A stretch of 64,000 nt of DNA, taken from a virus. The position numbers and the translations under genes were made by a program. Shown here in pieces: positions 37,681 to 47,165 of the stretch. The notes under the pieces were generated by a model. That model was given only the letters and a program-made list of their open reading frames with translations, did not search any database and had not been told where the DNA came from. The stretch lies in IMG/VR virus record IMGVR_UViG_3300018876_000008, positions 105,338 to 169,337 of that record. One strand, given 5' to 3'. The number at the start of each line of letters is the position of its first letter. Position 1 is the stretch's first letter.

Positions 37681-38997
37681 ATGAGAAATAATGATATCAT
37701 ATTAGAGCAGGAACTTAAAAAAATAGGTTCTTTAATTGATTATGATAGGTCCAAAACCTTGATGGAACAAGACCCAGCTTGGACACGTAATATTGGTAGA
37801 CCCGGCACTACATCAATAACAGGAACAAAGATTCCTGGTAATTTAGGTGATGATAATATATTTAAAAATGTAGATATAGATTTACACGACATATTAATGG
37901 GTGTAGAAATTGCTTCAATGATAATCGCACCTTTTACAGGTCCATTAGCTCCGGTCTTTTTAGGTGTTAGTGTTGCTGCGGGTTTAGCGGACTCTGCAGT
38001 TTATTATTTTGTAGATGATGACCCACATTCAGCCCTTATCGCGGCGGCTTTGACTGTGATACCTCAAGCTAAATTAGGTAAAGTATTTAAAAATAGTAAA
38101 TGGTTTATAAATAAATACGGTAGAAAGGCAACTGGTGAATTATTAGAAAAATACAATAAATATAAAAAAGGTAATACCTCAATAAAGTTTACTGATGATG
38201 AAATTAAATTTTTAAAAGAGGCGGGTAAAGATGTTGTTTCAGAATCTTCACAACAAATTATTAAACAAGAAACTAAAGCGATGGTCAAAAAAGGTTTATT
38301 AAAGAATCTGTCTGAAAAATCACTTAAAGTATTAGTTGCTATGGTTTATAATATATTAAAGTATTCAGGTAAAACAGCTAAATTTATAGGTACTTTAGGA
38401 TTACAGGTGGGTGGAATTTATATCTCATTTGACAAACTATATCTTTTCTTGTGGGGAGATGACGAGGATAGACAAAAATCCGAATTTAAACAAATTGCAG
38501 ATTTAGTTGTAGAATTTAGTGGTGATATTAAGAAATGGTTAATTGGTTTATATGGTGATACCGTAGATGAAATGTCGGACGAACAGTTAACTGATTATCA
38601 AGAAAAAATTGCATCTGTTGATGAGGCAATTATTACACCATCGGAGTATGAAGAAATGGAAAGAAGAGAATACGAATACAGACAGGAAAATTTACCAGGT
38701 AAAAAAATAACTTTAGACGATATTAGAAAAGGTAAAGCAGATTTACACTACGGAGACCAAGGAACATCTGTTAAACAGATACAAAACATGTTACTTAAAA
38801 TTGGTCTAAATTTAGGTGAAGGAGGTGCTGACGGATTTTTTGGTGACGATACTAAAGAAGCTGTAGAAGATTTTCAAACATATCCTGATGATTATGGTGT
38901 TGAAGATATTATCATGTTAAAAAAAGTTGACGGAATTATCGGTAGAGAAACTTTAAAAGCAATTGAAAAAGCAGTTAAAAACAAAAACAATGAGTAA
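37681..38997 (+). CDS. putative virion protein with hydrophobic helices and C-terminal peptidoglycan-binding domain
   Basis: VKQIQNML...GADGFFGDDTKEAV..FQ...VDGIIGRET. Confidence 0.7.
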   Translation: MRNNDIILEQELKKIGSLIDYDRSKTLMEQDPAWTRNIGRPGTTSITGTKIPGNLGDDNIFKNVDIDLHDILMGVEIASMIIAPFTGPLAPVFLGVSVAAGLADSAVYYFVDDDPHSALIAAALTVIPQAKLGKVFKNSKWFINKYGRKATGELLEKYNKYKKGNTSIKFTDDEIKFLKEAGKDVVSESSQQIIKQETKAMVKKGLLKNLSEKSLKVLVAMVYNILKYSGKTAKFIGTLGLQVGGIYISFDKLYLFLWGDDEDRQKSEFKQIADLVVEFSGDIKKWLIGLYGDTVDEMSDEQLTDYQEKIASVDEAIITPSEYEEMERREYEYRQENLPGKKITLDDIRKGKADLHYGDQGTSVKQIQNMLLKIGLNLGEGGADGFFGDDTKEAVEDFQTYPDDYGVEDIIMLKKVDGIIGRETLKAIEKAVKNKNNE

Positions 38998-40909
38998 TAA
39001 AAAAGTATTAAACGAAGTAGATAGAATAAAAGAGGTTATGGGTTTGTTAAATGAACAATCCCGTCCTAAGATAGTCAAAGGACTTATTAGTGTTATTGAT
39101 GATTTATTAGGTATTAGCGCTAAAAATGTTGATGTTTTAGCGAGAGAATATGGTGATGATGGTGCTAAACTATTGAAAGAATTATCTGAAAGTAACCGTG
39201 GTGTAGGTGACATTTTAGATGACATGAGAAAATTATCAAACCAAAAAGCCTTTAGTGACACTTTTGAAGGTTTAAAATCTGCGTTCGATGAGGTTGTAGA
39301 TGATAGTGGAATAAGTATAACTGAAAAAATTAATACTGTAAGGAGGGGAGTAAAAGAGTTATTAGATAAAGGTCAAAAAACAAAAGCTGCTGAATATTTT
39401 AAAAATGAATCTAAAAAGATTGCTGAGTTTGGGGACGAAACCATAGAAAGATTTATGAAAGACGAATTCTTTTTTAATGACATTCCTAATTTTTCAAGGG
39501 CAGATTATAACTCAGCTTTAAAATTAGGTTCTGAAACCGTTAGAGGTAAGGGTACTGTCGGAGGTAAGGTTGGTAGGTTTATGGACACATTAAAAAGTTA
39601 TTTTAAATCAGTTAAAAAAATAGAAGCAAAAATAGTTGATGATACCGATAATTATTTAAAATTAAAAGATGAGGTAAGTAAATTACCTATAGATGACCCT
39701 ACAAGAATGGAGTTAATAAAAAGAGCGAATAGATACTTAGACCGAGTAGATTTTAATCTTGGAGTTTTAAAAAGAAAGAATAGAGAAACTTTAGACGCTT
39801 TAATTGAAGAAATTACTCAAAAAAGAAATTCATTACCTAGAACTTCACCCGAAAGAGCAAAACTAAATGATTTAATACAAAGGGCATCTAAAGAGGATGC
39901 GGATGTTGTTAGTGTATGGAATTACCTACCACAAGGAGGTTATAAACCTGAAGGTAGTATGTACCAAGAACTGAAAAAATTAAGACAAGATAGGGTAGAT
40001 GCAATAAGAAAATTAATTATGCCTAGAAAGTGGATGAAACCTGAAACGTTAAACAGAATTTCTAAACTAAGTTATGGAGGTTCTGCAGGAAGATTCCTAA
40101 CAGGTAATGTAGGACCTCCACTTAAAAAGTTATTTACAGACCCTAAAAAGGCGCCTCGTATTTTAGCTACTGAAATTGGTTCTAGATTATTCAGTATACC
40201 ATTGGTATTCGGTGCTACTGAAACTCTTATGGATTGGATAGCCTCGATGGTACTACAAGATTCTGAGTTCATGTCCGAAGAATGGATTAAAGAACACCCT
40301 GATTTGGCAAATGTCATTGCAGGTTTTGGTTTTGACTATAAAGATTATGAAGATAGTTATTGGGCGACAGATTTCGTCATTAATACTGTTGAAAATACTT
40401 TACAAAATTTTGGTATTACGATACCTGCTTTGGCAATTAAAAATTGGATGGACGATAACTCAAAACCAGGAGGTGGTTACGCATGGTGGAATCAACAATT
40501 CAATAAATTAGAAGAGATGCAAAAAAGTGAAAGCTTTAAAAATGCAAGTGAAGAAGAGAAATTAAAGATTCTTGAGGACATTATAGAGGAAACAGATACT
40601 TGGGTGACAAAAACATCCTCTTGGTGGTATGATGGTTTACCACCAACGGTGGACAGTGAAATTAATAAAGTACTAGCTCAAATAGAATCAGAAACAACAA
40701 CGGATGATACTGAGGTATCACCTTCACCTAATGGAGTAGAGGGTGATAACCAACAAGATGACTCATCCTCTTCAAGTTCAGGAGAACCTGGTAGTTTATC
40801 ACATGCAAATGAAGTGTTTGGTGGTGGGGTTACTCAAGAAGGGGAACTATTTATATATGAGGGTGATAAATTTAAATTTAATGGTACTGACTACGAATGG
40901 GTACCTTAA
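38990..40909 (+). CDS. large helical putative virion (ejection) protein
   Basis: N-terminal VLNEVDRIKEVMGLLNEQ; start moved to 38990. Confidence 0.6.
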   Translation: MSNKKVLNEVDRIKEVMGLLNEQSRPKIVKGLISVIDDLLGISAKNVDVLAREYGDDGAKLLKELSESNRGVGDILDDMRKLSNQKAFSDTFEGLKSAFDEVVDDSGISITEKINTVRRGVKELLDKGQKTKAAEYFKNESKKIAEFGDETIERFMKDEFFFNDIPNFSRADYNSALKLGSETVRGKGTVGGKVGRFMDTLKSYFKSVKKIEAKIVDDTDNYLKLKDEVSKLPIDDPTRMELIKRANRYLDRVDFNLGVLKRKNRETLDALIEEITQKRNSLPRTSPERAKLNDLIQRASKEDADVVSVWNYLPQGGYKPEGSMYQELKKLRQDRVDAIRKLIMPRKWMKPETLNRISKLSYGGSAGRFLTGNVGPPLKKLFTDPKKAPRILATEIGSRLFSIPLVFGATETLMDWIASMVLQDSEFMSEEWIKEHPDLANVIAGFGFDYKDYEDSYWATDFVINTVENTLQNFGITIPALAIKNWMDDNSKPGGGYAWWNQQFNKLEEMQKSESFKNASEEEKLKILEDIIEETDTWVTKTSSWWYDGLPPTVDSEINKVLAQIESETTTDDTEVSPSPNGVEGDNQQDDSSSSSSGEPGSLSHANEVFGGGVTQEGELFIYEGDKFKFNGTDYEWVP

Positions 40910-40924
40910 TAAATAACAAATAAT

Positions 40925-41992
40925 ATGGAACAATATAAATTTTGTAAAAAATGTAAATTAGACTCAGGAGAGGAAAAAGAAGTTGCCGCATTATGTCATG
41001 CAAGATGTAGTCAGGGAAAGGCTGAATGTCTTGAATATGATTTATCGCAAGTGGTAAGTGACTTTCCAGAAATAAAAAAGAAAGACGGTGAAACAGTTAC
41101 ACCAAAGAAAAAAATGATAAAGTTTGATAACGGTAAACTATATCTTAAAGGTGAAAGTAGAACTACCGATGGTACAGATAAAGACTTTGAATTGAAAAAA
41201 GAAAACGGTGAATGGTCTTTTTATGATGATGAAAAAGACGGTGGTGCAGGATGGATTAAACTATCAGAATACTTCACAACATCTTTACATGAAAATAAAT
41301 TATTTGAACAAAAAGAAATGAAATCATTATCAGACAAAATAAAAGATAAATTAAGAGACATATATTTTTATACTGTTTCTGAAAAAGGAAAAGAGAGAGT
41401 TATCTTTGATATGGAAGACTCTAAAAACATAGAACAACATTTAAAAGATTTACATAGCCAAAATATTACAGGTGACCAAGGATTTGTCATGGCAGTTGTA
41501 AGGGCTAAAGGTTCTGATAAAGAAGACGGACAACTAATTAAATTAGGTTCTTATCCTAAAAACTCTAATGTTGATTTAGGATTTGGAGAAGAAAAAGGGT
41601 TAGGTAGTCTCATAGGTACACAATATTTTTCAATAAAAAATAATGATGGTCCTGATGATAGAGACTTCGAAATTGTAAAGGGAGATATTCATGGTGATAT
41701 TGATTTTAAGAAAGAAGTTGAAGTGGAAGAACCTAAAGAAGCTGTAAATCAACCTGTTAAAGAAGAACCATATGAAGAGGTAATGAAACAAAAAGAATCT
41801 AAAGGATTAGCATCATTATTGGACACAAATGAGGTTGGTAATGATTTTACAAAAAAACAAAAAGAAATATTGGAAAAACTCAAGAGTCAGGGATATTTAT
41901 TTAAGAGACCTGTTGAAAACTCGGAGTATAATCGAAAAAAAGTGAAAAGTTCAGAATTCTTAGAATCCTTTCACGTATGGAAAAAAAAGTAA
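40925..41992 (+). CDS. hypothetical protein
   Basis: 355-aa ORF in operon. Confidence 0.7.
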   Translation: MEQYKFCKKCKLDSGEEKEVAALCHARCSQGKAECLEYDLSQVVSDFPEIKKKDGETVTPKKKMIKFDNGKLYLKGESRTTDGTDKDFELKKENGEWSFYDDEKDGGAGWIKLSEYFTTSLHENKLFEQKEMKSLSDKIKDKLRDIYFYTVSEKGKERVIFDMEDSKNIEQHLKDLHSQNITGDQGFVMAVVRAKGSDKEDGQLIKLGSYPKNSNVDLGFGEEKGLGSLIGTQYFSIKNNDGPDDRDFEIVKGDIHGDIDFKKEVEVEEPKEAVNQPVKEEPYEEVMKQKESKGLASLLDTNEVGNDFTKKQKEILEKLKSQGYLFKRPVENSEYNRKKVKSSEFLESFHVWKKK

Positions 41993-41997
41993 TAAGA

Positions 41998-42600
41998 ATG
42001 GGTATTAAGACTTCAATAATAAAAAACATTAAAATCTTACAAGAAGAGAAGAAAGTATCTTTAACTGAAGAAAAAATAGTTAAGGGTAGATTCTCTGTTG
42101 TACCCACAAAAATAAACAAATACTCTACAATACAAAATAATAAAACGTTTAATGTACTGTTTAATGAAGTGAGAACATTAAAAACTCATGGAATTAATCA
42201 AAAACTAATTAATGAAAATTTAGTTCAAGTTTTAAGTCAAATGTTTGATGAGGAAGGTCCTCGTTTTCTTGACGTAGTTAAAGAAAAGTTAGCAGAATAC
42301 TTAAAAAGTAAGTTACAACTTACAGATATTGAACAAGAGATTTTAGTTAGTGCAATAGGTAACACTGAAATGGATGATGTTCCTGAGTTATTTAATGACC
42401 CAAGATTTTTGGCTCAAAAGATATCTCAAGCATACTCCGAAGATATGGGTAGTAAGTATTCTATGGTGAATACTGATAACTCAGAGATGGTTAAGAAACT
42501 TGAAGACACATTTGTCGATAAGTTAAAGCCTGTAATCGGGGACGTTAATTCCAAAATGGAATTGAAGTTGAAAGACATTAGAGATAATATGCTTTCATAA
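41998..42600 (+). CDS. hypothetical protein
   Basis: LQE/LTE/INE sites; operon end. Confidence 0.7.
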   Translation: MGIKTSIIKNIKILQEEKKVSLTEEKIVKGRFSVVPTKINKYSTIQNNKTFNVLFNEVRTLKTHGINQKLINENLVQVLSQMFDEEGPRFLDVVKEKLAEYLKSKLQLTDIEQEILVSAIGNTEMDDVPELFNDPRFLAQKISQAYSEDMGSKYSMVNTDNSEMVKKLEDTFVDKLKPVIGDVNSKMELKLKDIRDNMLS

Positions 42601-42634
42601 ACTTTTAAAGAAAAAGGGGGTAAGACAATCTAAT

Positions 42635-42663
42635 AAAAGGTATCGGAAACGGTACCTTTTTTT
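42635..42663. terminator. bidirectional intrinsic terminator
   Basis: AAAAGGTATCG-GAAA-CGGTACCTTTT. Confidence 0.85.
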
Positions 42664-43156
42664 ATTTATAGAGTTTTTTAACAAAATCATCCCATATAGT
42701 TTCTACCTCTTCATTTATTATATGTGAGAATATATTTGGAACATAAGGTTTGGTTTTAAGTTTCATACCCGCTTCCGAAAGTGTTTTATCACCCTTTTTA
42801 GAGTTACATCTAAAACAAGAGGTCACCAAGTTACCCCATGTATTCTTACCCCCTTTAGAACGAGGTATAACGTGGTCTATAGTAAGATTTCTTTTAGAAC
42901 CACAGTACTGACATGTATTTCTATCTCTTTTTAAAATTTTTTTCCTATTAACTTTAATCGTTTTAGGTCTAAATTTTATATAATTTAATAGTCGGATAAT
43001 AATTGGACGTGCGAAATTACCTATAGTGGTTATAATATCGTTTTCTCCTTTTTTAATAATTTCAGCTTTACCCTTATCGACCAAAACGAACCCTCGTTTT
43101 AGGGATGTTACGTTAAGTGGAGAGTAATCTGAGTTTAATACTAGTACGGAACTCAT
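42662..43156 (-). CDS. HNH endonuclease (McrA/HNH_5-like)
   Basis: RD..TCQYCG..LTIDHVIPRSKGG...NLV.SC..CN..KG. Confidence 0.9.
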   Translation of the reverse strand: MSSVLVLNSDYSPLNVTSLKRGFVLVDKGKAEIIKKGENDIITTIGNFARPIIIRLLNYIKFRPKTIKVNRKKILKRDRNTCQYCGSKRNLTIDHVIPRSKGGKNTWGNLVTSCFRCNSKKGDKTLSEAGMKLKTKPYVPNIFSHIINEEVETIWDDFVKKLYK

Positions 43157-43230
43157 TAAAATGTTATTTTGTGTAAACTAATTATTGAATTTAATAATAA
43201 GTAATATATTTTATAAGAAAAAGTATTTTT

Positions 43231-43980
43231 ATGAAATTTGACCAAGTTTATGTTATTTCACTAGACCATAGTGAAGAATATATAAAAGATTTATATAATA
43301 GGTTAAGTAAAATTCCTTTACCTTACAATACTCCTGTTTTTATTATTGATGCGTTTTTAGGTACTCGTTTAAAAAATGAAACCGATTTAGGTTATGAGTT
43401 ATATAATAATTGGAATATTTCAGATTTAAACCCTAATTGGCATTGGTGGGAAAGACCTACAACTTATGGTGAAGCAGGTGGGATGATATCTCATACTATG
43501 TGTTGGGAAGATGCGTATTTAAACGGATATGAAAATATTATGATACTTGAAGATGATTTTGACACAGACGGTACTTTAGATTGGAATATTTTTGAAGAGT
43601 TAGACGGTTATGATTGGGATTTATGTTTAATGTCACATAACCCATTACACGGAAACTTTTCAAATATACACGGTTCATATGAAATTGGTAAAGAACATTT
43701 TTTAAGACCTTCTTATTTTTACAATACACATACTTACATTTTACAAAAAGATGGAATTAGGAAGTTGGTTGAGGACCATTTAGATACTCTAAAAAAGAAT
43801 ATAATAGTGTCTGACGAGTTTTTATCTGCCGTTACGACTACTCACCCCCGAAAAGATTTAAGAGAGCTCTACACATCTAATTTGAACGCTATAGCAACTA
43901 AAGAGGATTATACTTATCAGACTCGTTACATGAGTGCGGGGAATTCCTTAACTGAACCTACTGAAGATGATTTAAAATAA
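43231..43980 (+). CDS. glycosyltransferase family 25-like
   Basis: VYVISL, GEAG..ISH..CW, ILEDD, THTYIL...G..KL. Confidence 0.8.
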   Translation: MKFDQVYVISLDHSEEYIKDLYNRLSKIPLPYNTPVFIIDAFLGTRLKNETDLGYELYNNWNISDLNPNWHWWERPTTYGEAGGMISHTMCWEDAYLNGYENIMILEDDFDTDGTLDWNIFEELDGYDWDLCLMSHNPLHGNFSNIHGSYEIGKEHFLRPSYFYNTHTYILQKDGIRKLVEDHLDTLKKNIIVSDEFLSAVTTTHPRKDLRELYTSNLNAIATKEDYTYQTRYMSAGNSLTEPTEDDLK

Positions 43981-44010
43981 AATGGGGGGTCATCACTCCC
44001 CCCATTCATC

Positions 44011-44760
44011 TTACCATCTTAACATTACTCCTGCCGTTCCTTTCCACTCGATGATTGCTCGTTTTGGAATCCAAAATTCGAATTCTCCGATTTCATCGAT
44101 TTTAGAAGACATGTCTTCTTTGAACTTGGCAACTTCGTCAGAGTTCTTTGGGTGTTTAATACCCACGTACCCTGCACATACTGGTCCGATACCTGTTATT
44201 TGGGACATCTCATCAGTAAGAGTTCGTCCACAACAACGGCAGATACCAGCGTTGTCTTTTGTGAGTTTCGCTTTCAATTTGAAAGCTTTGTTAGAGATAG
44301 TCATCACTTCGGTAACATCAACCAAGATTGGGTGGAAATCTAGGTCGTAGTTTTCTTTGATACCTAAAGCGACCTTACGACCGAGTTTAATAGTGTTACC
44401 TACCAATTTCAAGTTCAACTCTTTCTGAGAGTCTTTTTGAATTTCACGGTCGATTGCTTTGTAACCTGCAGAAACCTGTTTTTCAGTCAACTGACGGTAT
44501 TTCTTGTATTTCATCTTTAAGTCATTTACGAATTTAGACTCACCTGTGTATTCTACAATTGCTTTGAGTTCAGTTGGTAGTTCTTCTACCTTTAACTCAC
44601 TGTTACGTACTTCTTGCATGATAAGTTTCTCTGCCACTGCGTATTGTTTTGGTGTTAAGCGACCCCACTTATTAAGTGATGGTTGTAGTTTTTTAATGAA
44701 TGAATTTACTCCTTCGTAGTTTCTTACTTTTTCTTCGATGTTGATACCTGTTACTGTCAT
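44011..44760 (-). CDS. hypothetical protein with DUF6011-like Zn finger
   Basis: Two LTxKQ repeats; CRCCGRTLTD..S...GIGPVC; promoter TATCTTTG at 44801. Confidence 0.7.
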   Translation of the reverse strand: MTVTGINIEEKVRNYEGVNSFIKKLQPSLNKWGRLTPKQYAVAEKLIMQEVRNSELKVEELPTELKAIVEYTGESKFVNDLKMKYKKYRQLTEKQVSAGYKAIDREIQKDSQKELNLKLVGNTIKLGRKVALGIKENYDLDFHPILVDVTEVMTISNKAFKLKAKLTKDNAGICRCCGRTLTDEMSQITGIGPVCAGYVGIKHPKNSDEVAKFKEDMSSKIDEIGEFEFWIPKRAIIEWKGTAGVMLRW

Positions 44761-44827
44761 GATGATTTTTTTTTTTAGTTTCTTACTGATGATTACAATA
44801 CAAAGATAAGCCAATTTTTTAGATATC

Positions 44828-44863
44828 AAAAAAAAATGCCAATTAAAATTAATTTAATTGGCA
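44828..44863 (-). terminator. terminator after tmRNA
   Basis: TGCCAATTAAA/TTTAATTGGCA inverted repeat plus T9 run on the minus strand. Confidence 0.8.
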
Positions 44864-44868
44864 CTTAT

Positions 44869-45252
44869 TGGTGGAGGTGGCGGGATTCGAACCCGCGTCT
44901 TGCTCGTATTACCCTATAAAGGACTACACGTTTAGGACAATATTGATTCTCAATATTCCGAAATATGTGATTGAATTTTTACATCCTCCATCACCAATAG
45001 ATGTACGACTCGATTTAAGGTTCGGTCGTTTTTCCACCTTTGTAAGACTTCTGTTCCTAGGTTATATGTCCCGACCCGTTGTGGTGTAACGTCTTACGCT
45101 ACAGCCACTTCTTCAGTACGAACAAGTCCGATAGCCTGAAGTTTTGCGATAGTTTCGCCAGATAAAAATTGCGTCCATAGATTTAAGTGATAGGATACAT
45201 CTCACTACGTGCCCCGTATAACTAATTCCGCCAATCAATTCCATTCACCCCC
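44869..45252 (-). ncRNA. ssrA: tmRNA
   Basis: GGGGGTG/CACCTCC acceptor with G3:U70, T arm GCGGGTTCGAATCCCGC, encoded ACCA; tag ORF 45159-45094 GETIAKLQAIGLVRTEEVAVA*; promoter TATATTTG at 45282. Confidence 0.92.
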
Positions 45253-45337
45253 ATATTTTCAAAGAACTTACTTTATAGGTACAAATATAAATACTTTTTT
45301 TCTTATAAGAAACTATTTATAGTAAAAATACACGGAA

Positions 45338-46579
45338 ATGGGTAAAAATATTATTAAATTAACTGGAGAAGATATTGAAAATATTGTAAGAACTGTTATT
45401 GAAGAACAGAAAAGAGGAGATTTAGGTCGAGGTAAAAAGAAAAAAAGAAAAAAGGACAAAACTGACCGTAACTCATCGGATTGGAATGGTGGTGATTCAG
45501 GTACACTTAATTTCGATGTAATGGAACAAGAAATGACTCCATTAGCCATAAACGTCACTGAGTATGATTTTGACGTTAGACTTTCCGTTAATTTAACACG
45601 AACAGGTAGGTCTGTCACACCAACAGAAACCCCTCCGACTCCACCTCCACCTGTAACAATACCACAATATACTATACAGGGAAGTGGATTACCTTACGCA
45701 GATAATATGGTTATGCCTTACTTTGATAAGTATCCTGAGTCTAATGAGCAGTTTACAAATATAGTTAAAAGTTTCGTCGCATATATTAAAGCGGGTGGTG
45801 GAGACCAACTTGATAATATCACAATTAAAGGTAGTGCGGATTCAGGAAGACCAACACTAAAAGTGCCAAGTGGTTATTCTAAATTAGACCATCCCGATAC
45901 TGAACCTTATGGAGGAAAAACAGACCCAAAAGAGATGAATCAATATTTGGCTGACATGAGAGCCAAGCAATACGCAAGAGCATTAATAAGTGAAGTTAAA
46001 AAACAAACAGGACTTGTACTAAACATAAATGTACTAAAAGGTGATAACTTCTATGGTCAAGGTGACACTAAAAGAGGTCAAGAATTTAGAAAGATAACTT
46101 TATCGCCAAACGCACCTACATTCCAACCTGAAGTTGAAGGTGGTGAGGGAACTGCCGGTACTAAGACACCAGGAAAATTAGTTAAAGGTGGTGGTATACC
46201 TTATGACGTAGCGGTTTATTGGGACGGAAAAGGTAGATATGTTGAAGGATTTAGAGTTTTAGATTTTTATAATAATAAAAGATTATCCGTTAGTAAGGAG
46301 GTTGCAGAAAAATTAGACCTACCTACAAAATATTTAAAAGGTAAAATAAATTCTGAAATAAAAGGTCAAGATTTTTATGTGAATGGTAAATTAATTGGTC
46401 CAATAAGACCAATAGGTGAGAGTCCTGTAAAATTTACTACAATGAATTATAATGTTATAGGTAGACCGAGATATTTCGCTGGACCAATAACCACTATAGA
46501 TGCTTATAGAACACATAAAATTGGTAATGAAGAGCTAACCGTAGCGTATTTATCTGAAAATTACTTCACTTTTACTTAA
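45338..46579 (+). CDS. putative virion protein with OmpA-like domain
   Basis: IKLTGEDIENIVRTVIEEQ leader; ITIKGSAD...NQYLADMRA...R. Confidence 0.55.
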   Translation: MGKNIIKLTGEDIENIVRTVIEEQKRGDLGRGKKKKRKKDKTDRNSSDWNGGDSGTLNFDVMEQEMTPLAINVTEYDFDVRLSVNLTRTGRSVTPTETPPTPPPPVTIPQYTIQGSGLPYADNMVMPYFDKYPESNEQFTNIVKSFVAYIKAGGGDQLDNITIKGSADSGRPTLKVPSGYSKLDHPDTEPYGGKTDPKEMNQYLADMRAKQYARALISEVKKQTGLVLNINVLKGDNFYGQGDTKRGQEFRKITLSPNAPTFQPEVEGGEGTAGTKTPGKLVKGGGIPYDVAVYWDGKGRYVEGFRVLDFYNNKRLSVSKEVAEKLDLPTKYLKGKINSEIKGQDFYVNGKLIGPIRPIGESPVKFTTMNYNVIGRPRYFAGPITTIDAYRTHKIGNEELTVAYLSENYFTFT

Positions 46580-47100
46580 TAGTCGTATTTTAAAATAGGG
46601 AACATCTGAACTGCCATTATGTAGTTTAATTTTTTATTATATGTCACATAATGTCCATAGTATGATGGAAAAGTAATTGTTCCATCTGAAACTTCGTTTA
46701 GTAAATTCATTCGATGATATTTAGAATTCATAAAATTATTATGAATTTCTTTTGCAATTTCTAAATCTGATTTACTACTGTCATAAAAAAATGCTGTTAT
46801 ATTCTCAGATGATACATCATATTTTAAATTACTACCTACTCTAATTCTATCAGTTGCATTTCTATACTTTAACTTAGGGTTTGTGTGTTTTACTTCTGAA
46901 ATATTAGTGATTAAACTTAAATAGTCAGCTTGTATTTTTGAACTTTTATTAATTAATGGGTCCGTCACAAAAGTACTCAGACCTCTACTACTTCTTTCTT
47001 CATTTACTAAATTTAACAAATGTCTTTGTATTTCACCTAAGTTTTGTGAGTAACCTACGCTACAAATAAGAGTTAGTAATATTAATAGTATATTTTTCAT
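46576..47100 (-). CDS. secreted CAP/SCP-domain protein
   Basis: Signal peptide-Q; LVNEERSSRGL, SENI, FMNSKYHRMNLL. Confidence 0.8.
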   Translation of the reverse strand: MKNILLILLTLICSVGYSQNLGEIQRHLLNLVNEERSSRGLSTFVTDPLINKSSKIQADYLSLITNISEVKHTNPKLKYRNATDRIRVGSNLKYDVSSENITAFFYDSSKSDLEIAKEIHNNFMNSKYHRMNLLNEVSDGTITFPSYYGHYVTYNKKLNYIMAVQMFPILKYDY

Positions 47101-47165
47101 ATAACAAATATAAGGAATAAAAATTAATTATACAAACAATCAACTATTTATTATAAAAGTTTTAA

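Noticed and set aside
42662-43156. HNH gene as a mobile homing element
   Set aside because: Free-standing McrA-like type with no interrupted host gene or intron context
44868-45089. 73-aa ORF MVEVAGFEPAS...
   Set aside because: Antisense translation of the tmRNA T arm, a typical shadow ORF
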